A stretch of 64,000 bases of DNA from the human T2T-CHM13v2.0 reference genome, Homo sapiens: NCBI RefSeq assembly GCF_009914755.1, contig NC_060946.1; one strand, given 5' to 3'. Position 1 is the stretch's first letter; each line of letters begins with the position of its first letter. Positions 1-33,562 of this stretch are shown in pieces. A model generated the notes under the pieces. The model ran no database searches. It was not told where the DNA came from and saw nothing but the letters and a program-made list of their open reading frames with translations. The position numbers and the translations under genes are program-made.

Positions 1-3402
<3,402 letters not shown>

Positions 3403-3773
3403 CTACCAAGGGCAACAGAAGACCCAACTCAAAAAGAAAACTGGAAAGTTAGCATGCTATACCATTGATTTTGTTCTTCTCTGAAAATATAACAGAGGGC
3501 CAAAACTATATCTGGCAGAAACGTAATTTTCAACAAATGCCTCTTGCTGAAAGTTTAATACAGAGTTCACAGATCAATGCTGGACAACTGAATACAACAT
3601 AGAAATATGTTCCTATGTTGTATTCTCATTCAGTCTTAAGAGGCTTTCATTTTAAAACATTAATAAAGCAGACTCACAATAACAGCTTATTTTACTAGAT
3701 GACCATGTTCTCAGTACTTGAAATTAGATGTCATCGATAAAATTAGTCCTTGGAAAAAAACAACTATACCTAA

Positions 3774-4670
<897 letters not shown>

Positions 4671-4712
4671 TCCTATTAGTTCTGTTCCCCTAAGAGAACC
4701 CTGACTAGCACA
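4671..4712 (+). mobile_element. MLT2 (ERVL) LTR 3'-end remnant
   Basis: tcctattagttctgttcccctaagagaaccctgactagcaca matches the MLT2 terminus. Confidence 0.6.
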
Positions 4713-4810
4713 CTATACACATGAACATGGGTATATGTACACATGATTTTATATATATATATAAAAAACAGGACAACTGTATTAAACAGAAAAAGCAAAA
4801 TGCAAATCTA

Positions 4811-5478
<668 letters not shown>

Positions 5479-5493
5479 TCTAAAATCTAATTC

Positions 5494-5622
5494 TTACTAG
5501 AATGTAAACTCTGTGAGGGTAAGGATCTTGTTTTGTTCTCTTCCTTATAGTTCAGCATAATGCCTGGTATATAAAAGCACAAGAGCACTTAATAAATATT
5601 CACAAAATTAATGAACGAATAT
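5494..5622 (+). mobile_element. L2 3' end
   Basis: ctagaatgtaaactctgtgagggtaagga...aataaatattcac...aatgaacgaat. Confidence 0.65.
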
Positions 5623-5690
5623 AGTTAGGTCAAATAAACAAATGTTATTAATACCAAGTTTCTAGGGCTTCCCTATCCATTTCTCAATAG

Positions 5691-6066
<376 letters not shown>

Positions 6067-6067
6067 G

Positions 6068-6210
6068 CAGCTCTGTGATACTTACCTCTAAGCCTTGGTT
6101 TCTTTTATTGTAAAAGGTGGGGAAAGTACAATTACCTCAGTGCTATACTGAGGATTAAATTAAATAATGCATGTAAGATGTCATGTGGGACAGTGCCTGC
6201 TATATAAAAG
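6068..6210 (+). mobile_element. MIR (split by the AluJ at 5774-6066)
   Basis: ttacctctaagccttggtttc...tgaggattaaattaaataatgcatgtaa...cagtgcctg. Confidence 0.65.
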
Positions 6211-6426
6211 GTGCCTTTCTTTTGCTCTGTTTTTTTATTTTACTGGACCTGAGAACAGTTAAAATAGAATAACTAGGCTAGACACAGCGTTTTAAAATGT
6301 TTGGAGTCAGCAAATATTAGATTAACAACTATATACTGCAAGCCACAGGTTTTCAGATACCAATCATTTACAAAAGGCAGCCTCAAAATCCTGATTCAAC
6401 ACACAATACTTATCATTGTGAAATTA

Positions 6427-6840
<414 letters not shown>

Positions 6841-7387
6841 CTACTTTCACCTCTTCCTCAAAATATATTTCCTGAATGCTCTTCCAATTTCTGGTGACCC
6901 TCCTAAATAAGTCTTCATGGAAATCACTACTGTGGGAATTAAGTCTCACAATAATGAGTAGGAACTAATATTGCCATTGTTCCTGATACCATTTCACCTT
7001 TCTTACACATAAACTTCCCAGACAAGCCCAGTTATAGGGAACTCTCTGAAAAACAAGATAAAACAAATAAACTTGATAACATCAGTTTTGTAAAATTAAC
7101 TAAACAGAAAATTATGTTGAAAGAGGCATATTAAAAGTCAGGACAGCAGAAAGGGTGAGGAACCAGCAAGAGTGCCTGATGGGGAAGATCTCCCATGATG
7201 GGGAAGATCTCCCCTGTGAGATGGCCAGTCAACTCAAACACTCCCACCACTGCTCCCCCAGGTCCACTTCTCATGTGTCTGCCCTACAGCAATCAAGAAA
7301 TAAGGAATGATAGGCAAAAGTGCATCCTACCAATTAAAGGCTCCTTCTGGTTATTACAACAAAAGTCCTTTTAAAAGGTTCAATCTG

Positions 7388-7631
<244 letters not shown>

Positions 7632-7669
7632 TTAGCTAATTGAGCAGCAGCAAGCAGCAGACATATGAT

Positions 7670-7868
7670 TGTGCCTATAGCTTACAATTATCTATTACAT
7701 ATTTCAAAATAGCCAGAAGAGAAGAATTTGAATGGTTCTACCATACAGAAAAGACAAATATTTAAGGTGATGGAAATCCCAAGTACACAAGTTGATCTTT
7801 TCAAATTATACGATGTATTATCACATATACCCCCAAACCATGCACATTACATATCAATTAAATAAAAG
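7670..7868 (+). mobile_element. L1MA-type 3' end
   Basis: tatttcaaaatagccagaagagaagaatttgaatg...atttaaggtgatgg...atcaattaaataaaa. Confidence 0.75.
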
Positions 7869-8180
7869 AATCCCAAAACTCTGGAATACCATGGTAATTT
7901 GATAGTACTGACAGTGGGACATTTATATAGAGAAGTAAAAATAATGCACTGAGGGGAGAGTGTAGTAGCAGAGGTTCACTTACTAAACAACTTGGTGCAG
8001 GGGATCCCAAATCATTCCTCAGCCAATTTATAATTACACTGAAGTCCTCCCACTCAGAATAACCAAAACGTAATAAATAAAATCAAGTAAAGTAATTTGC
8101 ACAGTGCTCAACCATGCAAACACTTAATGAAACAAAGGTAGTAAGTATATATTAGATTTTCATCGAGAAAACTTAAATCT

Positions 8181-8866
<686 letters not shown>

Positions 8867-9888
8867 GCATCATTCAGTTCTTAATTCCACAGTAAAGATA
8901 AAGTAGCAGATGCCTGACCTTGGCAGAGCAAGCCAAAATGCTGGCCACACTACAGAAGAGAACGTGGGTCTATTTAAATCAAATCCATGGTGATGGCATA
9001 TATTGCTCATGCTCCCAGGGCTCAACATCTTCACAGGCCTGTCTCCACAGAATCTTCTTCTCTGGCTTGCTATGACTGGCTATGACTTTGGACAGCTGAG
9101 CCTGCTTCCTCACATGCAACACAGGAATACCCTGGAATGTTCTTGGGGGACAGAATGAACTAGGCCATTGCTGCTAAAAACTCTAGTAGAGATGCTGATT
9201 TCAAGCTCGCCTATACCAAACTGAGACCCTTATCCATGGGTTTGGGGGAGAAAAAAAATCAAATATTTTACCAATTTAAGTCATTAAATAAGCATGATAT
9301 TAGAACATGAAGAAAAGTGTCACAGAGTAATTTAGCTGCAGATACTGTTCAGGAGAGTTCATCTTATCTATGTCCAATGTGGACCAGCTTCTTAGGTGGA
9401 GAGTAGCCAGGTAATTTTGAAAAGGCAGATTTCCAAGCAGAAAATAACCCTGGTTCTCCTGTTTAAAAGGCCAGTTCAGTGGTTAAATGAAAGTGTAGTT
9501 CAACAGACAGTAAATTCTGTGGTAAGATGTGGGTGAAAATATACCAAAGACTGAATACAGCAATACTGGAGCCCAACTAAACAGATCTTGGGGGTGGGGT
9601 TAGGGGCCCACTAAACTGTATCCCTAGTAAGCCTCTAAGAACAGGGTGAGATTTATGTACAAAACACCATTTCTCATCTTCGGAGGAATGTCCTTTAATC
9701 TACACTGGACAGTGAAGCCTCTGAGCCACAGAAGAAATCTGCAGCAGCAGGAAGCTGGGTGATAAACTGGGACAAATGTCCTTTTTCATAAGAAAGATTG
9801 GTGCTTCCTTTTCTGTCCAGGCTGCCGAGAAGCTAAGAGTCAAATCTGATGTTTCATCACAGTAACAAAATAGTCATATAATTTAATG

Positions 9889-10413
9889 CAGCAGTCCCCA
9901 ACCCTGGGCCATGGACCAGTACCCATCCTTGGTCTGTTAGAAATCGGGCGGCACAGCAGGAGGTGAGAAGCAGGCAAGTGAGCAAAGCTTCATCTGCATT
10001 TACAGCTGCTCCTCATGCTTGCATTACTGCCTGAGCTCCGCCTCCTGCCAGATAAACACTAGCATTATATTCTCATAGGAGCGTGGACCCTATTGTGAAC
10101 TGTACATGCAAGGGATCTAGGTTGTGAGCTCCTTATGAGAATCTAATGCCTGATGATCTGTCACTGTCGCCCATCAACCCCAGAGGGGACCACCTAGTTG
10201 CAGGAAAACAAGCTCAGGGCTCCCACTGATTCTACATTATGGGAAGTTGTATAATTATTTCATTATATATTACAATGGAATAATAATAGAAACGAAGTGC
10301 ACAATAAATGCAATGCACTTGAATCATCCTAAAAGCATCCACCCCACCAGATCTGTGGAAAAACTGTCTTGCACGAAACAGGTTCCTGACTCCAAAAATG
10401 TCGGGGACCACTG
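9889..10413. mobile_element. MER1A-type hAT-Charlie DNA transposon (about 525 bp)
   Basis: TIRs cagcagtccccaacc ... tgtcggggaccactg, MER1 internal motifs (ggatctaggttg...ccttatgagaatctaatgcctgatgatctg), degenerate 8-bp TSD atttaatg/acttagcg. Confidence 0.85.
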
Positions 10414-10446
10414 ACTTAGCGTATTCACTTTATCTTCTCTTTGTGA

Positions 10447-12600
<2,154 letters not shown>

Positions 12601-13255
12601 AAGAAAATATTTATCTGTAGTTATATTTGATCCTTTCTCCCAAATGTTACTATTCTCTGCTTTTCCAGTTCTCAGGCTGAATGTTTGAGGTGTGAGAATA
12701 GATGCTATTTAAAATATTCTTTCAAGTTAACACTTCATGGAAAAGGGAGAGTGCCTGAGTTCTGTTCCAACCCAAGGACTCTCACCTACTAACTACATGG
12801 TGCTGACAGCAACCTTACAAGTGGCTGAAAGAATACATGGAAACCATATAAAACACCCAGCAAAACACCCAGTCAGGACAGGGTGCTCCATGAGCAGAAG
12901 CTTCCATTCTTCATGAGACTGTAGACACCTGTTATCCATCCCGTTCTGTGAGAAAAGCCAACAGAGCTGTCACGGACAGATTCTGGCACGTTTCTGGAAT
13001 GACTTCCATAAGCTTTTCCAAGGCTATTGGAGCCTCTGTAAAGTGACAGCACAGGCCAGTGACATACAGGCTCCTTCAGATCCCAAAGGTCTCTGGTGAG
13101 CTAATGCAATGAAATCTTAGTGGATCCAGCCCCAGAGGGGTTGGTGGGATTTTGCTTCGTCCCACTTGTGGCTCTAAGGTGCCGCTAGCTGGAGGCCCCA
13201 AAATACCCTGGTGGAGTGCCAAGCCCACTGTTTCGACCATGTTCCTTTTCCTTGA

Positions 13256-16579
<3,324 letters not shown>

Positions 16580-17435
16580 TTAGGGTGCCTCATTCCTGGG
16601 GGCAAACTTCCATCACTTGGTTTGGGTGGATTCTGCCAGGTTTCTCCATTGTGAAGTTACTATTCCACCTTTGTAACTAATAAATATCTTGTAGGGAAAT
16701 ACTTCGAGACTATGTAAATATTTGTTTCCCAAACATTTAGCCACTAGCTTTAACAACCATTAATGATTCCTGCTTGAGATAATTATTATTGTGATGGTTG
16801 CCAAACAGTGCTTTTTCTATTTCCATCATTCCATATATATTAATTGGAATTCTGTAAGACCTTTCTTTTCTCACTTTTAATTCAATTACAGTGAAAGGAT
16901 ACAAAGAAAGTCAGCAAACGGGCTCATGGGTATTTGTCTTATTCTATGGGTACTACAGGTTGCTGCAAAAGTAAGTGTCGAATAATTCATCACTATCATT
17001 TATTTTAAGCTCAAATCATCCCATACTTGGCCACTGGGAGCCCCTTCAAGTTGGCTGCTGTGTCCTTCTGATATATCCCCATAATTTTCTGAGCATTTGG
17101 CCACAAATTGCTCCGGGCACATCTTGCGTTTTTCCCTCTCCTGTCCTGGAACAGCCATTTCTCCAAGGAATCTTGGTTTCTTTTATCGGAAAAAAGTATT
17201 TAGAGCCAAGACTAGGTGTGCTCATTGCTACAAGGTGTCTGTTGCTACCTCTAGGCCCTATCGTATACACTCAAGTATTTCCATTTCTATGTGTATATAT
17301 TAAGAACCCCATGTTAGGCTGGGCGCCGTGGCTCATGCCTATAATCCTAACACTTTGGGAGGCCGAGGTGGGCGGATCACGAGGTCAGGAGATTGAGACC
17401 ATCCTGGCTAACACGGTGAAACCCCGTCTCTACTA

Positions 17436-17655
<220 letters not shown>

Positions 17656-18275
17656 TCAGGGTTCATGTTTGCCACCCCTCCTTTGTAATTTATTTCTCTG
17701 AGAGAAAACTGGCTCTCATTATCCACATATATTTACTTATTTCCCCAATCCTAGAACACATATAGGCATTTTGTTTAGAAATGGCTAAGTCCTACCCCTG
17801 TGAGAAACAAATTTACTAATATTTTCTATTCTTTTTTGACTTTATTCTTTAAGAGGATATAGTCGAATTACTGTTTGCTAAAGTAATGTGGGCTACCCTC
17901 CCCATTGGTTTTGTTATTCATTTGTAATACAGTTAAGACTCACTTGTTATAGTTTCTATTCAGCTTTGGGCCCATCTCACATCCCAGTTGTCTAGTTAGT
18001 TATTTTTCAAGTATGAAGTTAGAACTATACCAAAAGATGTACTTACAGAAGTGCCAGTTTCTCCTACCCTTTCTATTCCATTTCCATTCCCCCATTCTTT
18101 CAGGATAGGTAATCAAATTCATTAGTTTCTGGTTTATCCTTCCCATGTGTACTTGTGTATAGGTTTTATACAAATAAGCAGATACTTCTATATATGCTTA
18201 TTTCCTCTTCTTTCTTGCATGGAAAGGACAACACTATAGATATTGATTTGCATTTTTTACTTAACAGCATATCTT

Positions 18276-18809
18276 AGTTTACAGAAGTGAGTCAACAGAG
18301 CAGGCCTGACTGCTGTCCTTAGAAAGGTCTACCTGCAGGGTCAGCCTTAGCTAGCATCTGGGAACTAGAGTTTGGGAGTTTCCACCATTCCCTAAACAGG
18401 AGTGTCTCACTGTGCCTACACTATAACGTGGTTTATGCTAAACACCTGCTTTCCTTCTAGGAGTTGGAAATTTTGCTATGTGCCAGGCAGAGGATGTCCA
18501 TGCAACCAGTCCCCAGTAAAATCCCTGAGCACTGACCCACTAACAAACTTCCATGGTAGACAATATTTCATACGTGTTGTCACAATTTGTTCCTGAAGGA
18601 GGTTAAGTGTGTATGACTCCACTAGGAAAGGACTCTTGGAAGCTTGCACTGGATTTCCTCTGGACTTTGGTCTATGCCTGCTTCCCTTTTGCTGATTTTC
18701 TTTGTATCCTTTCACTGCAATAAACTGTAGCTGTGAGAACAACTAAATGCTGAGTCCTGTGAGTTTCAGCAACTCTGAAAACCTGCTGGTTTTGGGGACC
18801 CCTGACACA
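18276..18809 (+). mobile_element. Solo LTR, MER68/MER21-like, inserted in an old L1
   Basis: gagtcaacagagcaggcctgactgctgtccttagaaagg start, AATAAA at about 18718, ends tggggacccctgacaca. L1-like sequence resumes on both sides. Confidence 0.75.
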
Positions 18810-19921
18810 CCTGGAAATCACTCCATATCAGTATATAGAGATCTTCCTTGTTATTATAGCTGGATAATACTCCATGTATGTAAATACCTTATGCCATAAT
18901 GTATTCAATCTCTCTCCTATATATGGGCATTTAGGTTGTTTCCAATATTTTGCAATTAAAAACTGCTGAAAAGAACAACCTTGTGTATTAAGTATTGTTA
19001 TACTGCTAGAAGTGTATCTTTTTTTTTTTTTTTTGAGACAGAGTTTTGCTCTTGTCACCCAGGCTGGAGTGACAATGGTGCAATCTCGGCTCACTACAAC
19101 CCTTTCTTCTGGGTTCAAACTATTCTCCTGCCTCAACCTCCCGAGTAGCTGGGATTACAGGCGACCGCCACACGCCCGGCTAATTTTTTGTATTTTTAGT
19201 AGCGATGGGGGTTTCACCAGGTTGGCCAGGCTGGTCTCGAACTCCTGACCTCAGACCTCAGGCAATCCACCCATTTCGTACTCGCAAGTGCTGGGATCAC
19301 AGGTGTGAGCCACCGCGCCTGGCCACTGTTTTTTTTTTTTTTTTTTTTTTTTGAGACGGAGTCTCGCTCTGTCACTCAGGCTGGAGTGCAGTGGTGCCAT
19401 CTTGGCTCACTGCAACCTCCGCCTTCCACCTTCTGCCTTTGGGGTTCAAGCGATTCTCCCGCCTCAGCCTCCCAAGTAGTTTGGATTACGGCCATGCATC
19501 ACTGCGCCCAGCTGATTTCTGTATTTTTAGTAGAGACAGGCTTTCACCATGTTGCCGAGGCTGGTCTCGAACTCCTGATCTCAGGTGATCCACCCGCCTC
19601 GGCCCCCCGAAGCGCTAGGATTACAGGCCTAGAAGTCTATCTTTTAAGGCAGGTTTCCTTGAAGTGTTAGGTGAACAGGTCGAGGCACCAATAGTTTTGT
19701 TAAATGTTGCCAAACTGCTCCTCAGAAAGGTTGTATCAGTTTGCATTCCCACCAGCAATGTATTAGAATGTCTGTTTCCTCATAGCCTTGCTTGAACCAG
19801 ATACGTTGTCATACATTTTCATTTTCACCCATCTGATAGTCAAAAAGCGACACCCTTAAATCAAAGGGAAAAAAGTGGTATCTCTGGTTAACTTTGCATT
19901 TCTCTAATTACACGAGGCTGA

Positions 19922-20281
<360 letters not shown>

Positions 20282-21264
20282 TGAGATTACAGGTGTGAGC
20301 CACCACACCTAGCCCAAGTCTTATCATTTTTCTATTGGGTTTGGTTCTTCATTCCTCAATTCAAGAGTTCTTCATGTATTACAGATATAGACCCTTTATC
20401 TCTGATATACATTGCAAATATGTTCTCTCAATTTGTCAGCTGTCTTTTGACTGTGGGATATTTTGTCAATATAGCAAGAGCTCTTATAAATTGAGATCAG
20501 GGGATGCCTGGGGTTTGCAAATCTGAAATGGTATGCAAGTGGTATGTCTGCTTTTCTGAAAGGTCTGCAGTGTTCAGATTTCCAAAGGGTCCTGTGACCT
20601 GAGAGTGATTAGGAGCTGTTGCTGCTGCCCCACATCTTCCACTGGCCTAACTGTGCCCCACAGGACCACTTCTGCTGAATGACCTCTAAATTGCTGAAGG
20701 CTTCTCTCACGTCTCTTGACTGTTCTCTTTCACAAGTTAGACACCCAATGACCTGGCCTCCAGATGCATATTTTCAGGTTGTGTCATTAGTGTGAATACT
20801 TATCCATGAATGCATTCCTGGTTTTCTATACCTCTCACACACATGACAACAACAGGAAAGTATAATACTCTAGCTGTGGCCTAACCAGCACACAACAGAG
20901 CATGACCACCACTTCTCAGTCCAGATAACACATTTCCCTTAATGATATTAAGAGCAAATTGGCTTTTCCTGGAACAAAGTCAATTCTAATTGACCTGCTA
21001 AAACCTGCAGGTCTTCCGTTTCCCCTTTCCCCGTAAGTATTTCTGTTTCTTTTCAATTGTGGAGATCACTTTTTGAAACTGAGTACAAAATGTTAACATT
21101 TATATCAATTAAATTTCATTCTGCTTTATACAATTCAAAATGGAATATACACTGGTGGAGCTGGGAGGGAGAAAAGGAATGATTTTAAAAAAGAACAGGG
21201 TGGCGGGGCGCGGTGGCTTGCGCCTGTAATCCCAGCACTTTGGGAGGCCGAGGTGGGCGGATCA

Positions 21265-21523
<259 letters not shown>

Positions 21524-21811
21524 TTAGGTTGATTGTTATGTAAGCATGTGTATGTATATGTATGCATATATAAACACATATATACATGTGTGTGTTCATT
21601 ATACTTTATGTGTATTACGCATGCTTTTATATCAAACATTACATTAAAAAACTTTTCTCTCCTGAAGTGGCAGGTCCCTAAATTGGAAAAAAAAAAAAAA
21701 AGAAACTTTTCTTGTTAGACTCAGCCCACCACATCAAGAAGTAACACAATAGGAACTCTGGGATCCTTAGCCTTTTACCTATTTAACTGTATTTTTAAAA
21801 GATAGGGCATT

Positions 21812-22472
<661 letters not shown>

Positions 22473-22652
22473 TCATGTTCAAATGTTACTTAATGCTTCA
22501 TTCATTCCTAATCATAGTCACTGTATGAAGCCCACTAACAACAATTAACTGCCCTTTATCCTGTGTAAAGAAAAGATATATGTATCAAGAGCGGGATGGG
22601 AGCCTAGCCTAGGCAGCCCAAAGAACATATGAACTTGATGGTGGGTCTAGAG

Positions 22653-23175
<523 letters not shown>

Positions 23176-23239
23176 TTAGAAAACCACCCTGTGGAGAGAG
23201 TCCGCTGGACAGGTACATTCCTTTAAGAATTTGGAGGGC

Positions 23240-24068
<829 letters not shown>

Positions 24069-24399
24069 GCCTCCCTTCAAAGGTTTCTCTGTGATACCTC
24101 ACTCCAACCTACCAAAACATAAGGACTGAGTATATCTATATCATTTCTTAACATCAAATGCTGAAATACCATGATTTTCACAGACTCAACATTTCATATA
24201 CAGTCGCTGCTTCAGAGAACTGACACTTTTTTACTAAGCACTTCCTCTCTTCAAGTGTCTGATGTGACATAAATGTTTTAAAAGATCATCAAAACAAAGT
24301 TAACTTCAAAATCGACATTTCGGAAATGTTTCAAGAATAAATCATGAGCCAACCGTCAGCATCTGTATTTTATCCAGAGAAAGCTGTCATTCACACTCA

Positions 24400-24954
<555 letters not shown>

Positions 24955-26113
24955 CTGACACAAATCACAGGAAGGGATAAAAGTTTAAAACCTTGATAGG
25001 TTAGAAGAAGGCTGCCTCAGTTCAAACCGGCTACAACGAAGAAAATAAGTTCTACTTTAAATGCCAGCATTATCTGGCACCAAAAATTTCTCCTTAATGA
25101 ATTTGTAGAAAAATAAATACCTTAACCTTTAATAACGTTTGAGATTAGACAGCTCTCAATCAAATCTCAATTCAAATACTGCCTTATGAACAATTCTCAA
25201 TTTAAACGTGAAGGGCCTGCCAATGTAGAAGAGAATAAGACATGCCTAAAGCATCCAAGGATAGACCTGATGTAAATGAGAAAATAAAGATGGTTTTCTG
25301 TTTGTTTTCATGGGCATGAACCTTACCTTTTTTGTTCACTGCCATATCCCCATGCTATCCCATAGTACGTACTCGGCAAATATTTGTTGAATGAATATAT
25401 ACTGAGGAACTCTGGAAAATTTCATATACTGACTTTTCCTCTTTGAGGGAGGATAGGGATAAAGTGGGATTCCATTCCTTTACTGCTTACTAAATACTTC
25501 AGCTCTCTCTACCCAGGCTAGCACAAGACACTACTAAACCAGCTCGTTAGCAGAATCCTTCCTGATTTTTATCCTGCATCTTTAGATTTTCCAAGTGTTT
25601 TCCACAGTCATCACTCATTTGATTCTCTTAACAACCCTTTGAGCTAAGTAGGGCAGCTATCAGCTTCTTGTTTTAGATCCTAACACCACACCTGAGGAGG
25701 TTAAATATGACCTGCCTAAAATATTACATGGTTGTCTGAGAGGATGAAAGTGGAGGTATATTAAGAGAGAAAGAGCTTCCACTGTGTTCGTAATGTTTCA
25801 TTTCTTGCAGTGAATGGAAGTAACAGGTTATTTGCTGAAACACTTATATCTATGCAGTTTGTAATACTGCACTATACAAGTAGCCAAAACACACACATAC
25901 TCAGGGCCAGGGTTTCTTGGCTCCTAACTTTCCCAGTTTAGTGTACCAAACATGCAGTTTCCACAACAACAAAATCCACTTTGACCATTCTGATTAGTCT
26001 GAATGTTTACAGGCCTTGAAATAAATCTTGCCTAAGTAGGGGAAAAAAAAAATCTGCTTTGACCTGACCAAAGCAGAAATGGGTCAGCCAGATAAGATAC
26101 TTCATGCTTTCAT

Positions 26114-27921
<1,808 letters not shown>

Positions 27922-28726
27922 CAGTGCTGAGAGAAATGTATCCCTTTTAGATCTAGAATCTTCCCCTTTCTCCTTTATTTCCAGATACAGAAACATCTTT
28001 CTAGGGGCACTTCAGATTTTAGGCCATTTATGTATGTGTAAGGTGGGGGATGGGGGAGGTTAGTAGAGATAACGTGGAGTTGCTATTTGATGCCAAAAAT
28101 AAGTAGGAAGTGCTCAATTTTAATTTGGTTCAGTTTTCCTTTCCCAACAACATACACAGTCCAGTTTTCACCTGTCACAGCACATACAGATTTGAAGAGT
28201 AAATGCAGGAAAGGATATTGTAAAAGAGCAGATTTTTCGAAGGAGATGGGCTCCTTGGGTCTCTGCCACCTTATGCATCTGATCCTGCCTACCACAGAGA
28301 TATGGGTGTTCTTAAAACTTAATCCTTGACTACTCTCTTTTTAGGCTTCACTTTCTTGATAACGTCATCTTTTTCTGCAGCCTCTGTAATGAGGATGACT
28401 CAAAACTCTTCCTTTTTTTTTTTTTTGAGATGGAGTCTTGCTCTGTCGCCCAGGCTGGATGAAGTGCAGTGGTGCCATCTCAGCTCACTGCAATCTCTGC
28501 CTCCCAGGTTCAAGGATTATCCTGCCTCAGTCTCCTGAGTAGCTGGGATTACAGGCACATGCCATCACGCGTGGCTAATTTTTGTATTTTTAGTAGAGAC
28601 GGGGTTTCACCATGTTGGCCAGGCTGGTCTCGAACTCCTGACCTCAAGTAATCCGCCCGCCTCGGCCTCCCAAAGTGCTGGGATTAAGGGTGTGAGCCAC
28701 TGCACCTGGCCTAAAACTCTTCCTTT

Positions 28727-29560
<834 letters not shown>

Positions 29561-29626
29561 CCTGGCCGGGAGCGGTGGCTCAAGCCTGTAATCTCAGCAC
29601 TTTGGGAGGCCAAGGTGGGTGGATCA

Positions 29627-29936
<310 letters not shown>

Positions 29937-30178
29937 TTACCAAGTTTAAAACAGAATTCATTCAATCTATTGAATAACTGAGTCTTTGAGTCTTTCTACA
30001 CGCAAACAGCTTTGAGAAACAGGTATAAATAAGACGCCCTCAGCAAACTTACATGCTCATTCATTAAAAAAAAAAAAAAAAAGACAGGGTCTTGCTGTGT
30101 CGCCCAGGCTGGAGTGTGGTGGTGCGATCATAGCTCACTATAACCTTGAACTCCTTCTGCCTCAGCATGCCTGGTTAA

Positions 30179-30301
<123 letters not shown>

Positions 30302-31234
30302 TGAGTAGCTGGGATTACAGGCATTTGCCACCACACCCAGCTAATTTTGTATTTTTTAATAGAGATGGGGTTTCTCTATGTTGGTCAGGCTGATCTCAAA
30401 CTCCCAACCTCAGGTGATCAGTCCGCCTTGGTCTCCCAAAGTGCTGGGATTACAGGCGTGAGCCACTATGCCCGGCCTACTTTTTTATTTTTGTAGATAA
30501 TTTTGTATGTCTTGTTATGTTGCCCAGGCTGGTCTCAAACTCCTGGGTTCAAGCAATCCTCCCACCTCAGCCTCCCAAAAGTGCTGGAATTACAAGCGTG
30601 AGCCACTGTGACTAGCCACATGCTGATTCTTAATCCTGTTGCTTCTCAGAAAAGGCACCATCAATATTCTAGAGCTTAGATTTGAATCCCCAGCCATAAC
30701 CATATCTGACTTCCCCTCACCATTCAATCAGCACTTGCAGCCTGTGGACTCAACTCCCTGCAGTGTTTCTAGTAAATCATATTCATTTCCATCCCCACAG
30801 TTCTAGCTCAACATTTGTTCCAAATGTTGCTCCACATACGGTCATACACAAATACAGGTTTACTAAACAGATCTTTATCATAAACAGTGAATACTGATAA
30901 TCACATAAAATGGTTCACCTCTTGATACTCTTGTTTGGACCAAATTCTAAGAATTTCAACCTGTAAAACAACTAGGCACATTGGCTAGAGAACCAAAACA
31001 GACACCCCCTCCTTTTTCTCCTGGACTAATTCTGGGTCCTCAAATTTCTGAACAGAATTGCAGATACGTTACCAAGAACAGCTGGAACCCTAAGAGGTGA
31101 GGTGATATTAAATGCAAGCCTAGAGTGGCAGGTTAAACATGGCCGGGTGCTTTGGCTCACGCCTGTAATCCCAGCACTTTGGGAGGACAAGGCAGGCGGA
31201 TCACGAGGTCAGGAGATCGAGACCATCCTGGCTA

Positions 31235-31471
<237 letters not shown>

Positions 31472-31607
31472 TCACACCATCTATCAAAATATTGGTAATG
31501 CCACAAGACTGCAGTGACAGAACCCGATTTTGAGAAGACATTCAAGTTCTTTAAATTCCTGAATGCAATGGAGCAATCTAAAAGGATGATGTAGAAATAC
31601 ATCTCTA

Positions 31608-31881
<274 letters not shown>

Positions 31882-31889
31882 TCAGTTTA

Positions 31890-31897
<8 letters not shown>

Positions 31898-31920
<23 letters not shown>

Positions 31921-31924
31921 TATA
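31898..31924. repeat. (TA)n microsatellite in an Alu tail
   Basis: Direct reading. Confidence 0.9.
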
Positions 31925-32132
31925 AGCCAAGTATCACAGTGTTACCTTGGACAATAGGATCACCAATGACTTATCTGTATGTTGAACTTTTTTTTTTGGA
32001 GATAGGGTCTCTGTGGCCCAGGCTGGAATGCAGTGGCTTGATCACAGCTCTCTATAACTTCAAACTCTGGACTCAAGCAATCCTCCTGCCTCAGCCTCCT
32101 AAGCAGCCAGGACTACAGGCGCGAGGCAGTGA

Positions 32133-32300
<168 letters not shown>

Positions 32301-32768
32301 TAAAATGTTGTCTAACCATTATTTCTCAAGATCTAAACACACAGCAATAAAAACAGCTGATAAGTGTATTTTCAGTATTTTTTATCAGTATGTTTTATCA
32401 GTATTTTTCCAGCTGTCAGCTCTCTGCCTTAACCACCAATGCTTTTACATTAAAGTGTTAAATGTGAAGTAAAAGGGAAGAGTGAGTAACACATGCTTAT
32501 AAAATGTAGACAGGGATTTACAGCTTAATCTTTGCTAATGACTTATAATCAACCTATTGGGTGAGGATACCAGATAATTACCTAGTTTGAGGTATAAGCA
32601 AAAAATAAACCATAGATTTATGAACGACTTTTGACAGCTGCTACTGGCTTGTCGTCTTTATCACAACACAAATAAGTACTATATTAGAATGTGTAGGGAA
32701 TGGATTTATTCCCAAAAACTGACTAATACTTACAGGAAGTATGAAAATTATTATTCCAGTAAAAGTAG

Positions 32769-33055
<287 letters not shown>

Positions 33056-33147
33056 TAGCCAGGATGGTCTTGATCTCCTGACCTTGTGATCCGCCCGCCT
33101 CGGCCTCCCAAAGTGCTGGGATTACAGGTGTGAGCCACCGCGCCTGA

Positions 33148-33562
<415 letters not shown>

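Noticed and set aside
7180-7213. GGGAAGATCTCCC as tandem NF-kB sites
   Set aside because: The 13-nt spacing does not fit the 10-11 nt GGGRNNYYCC consensus.
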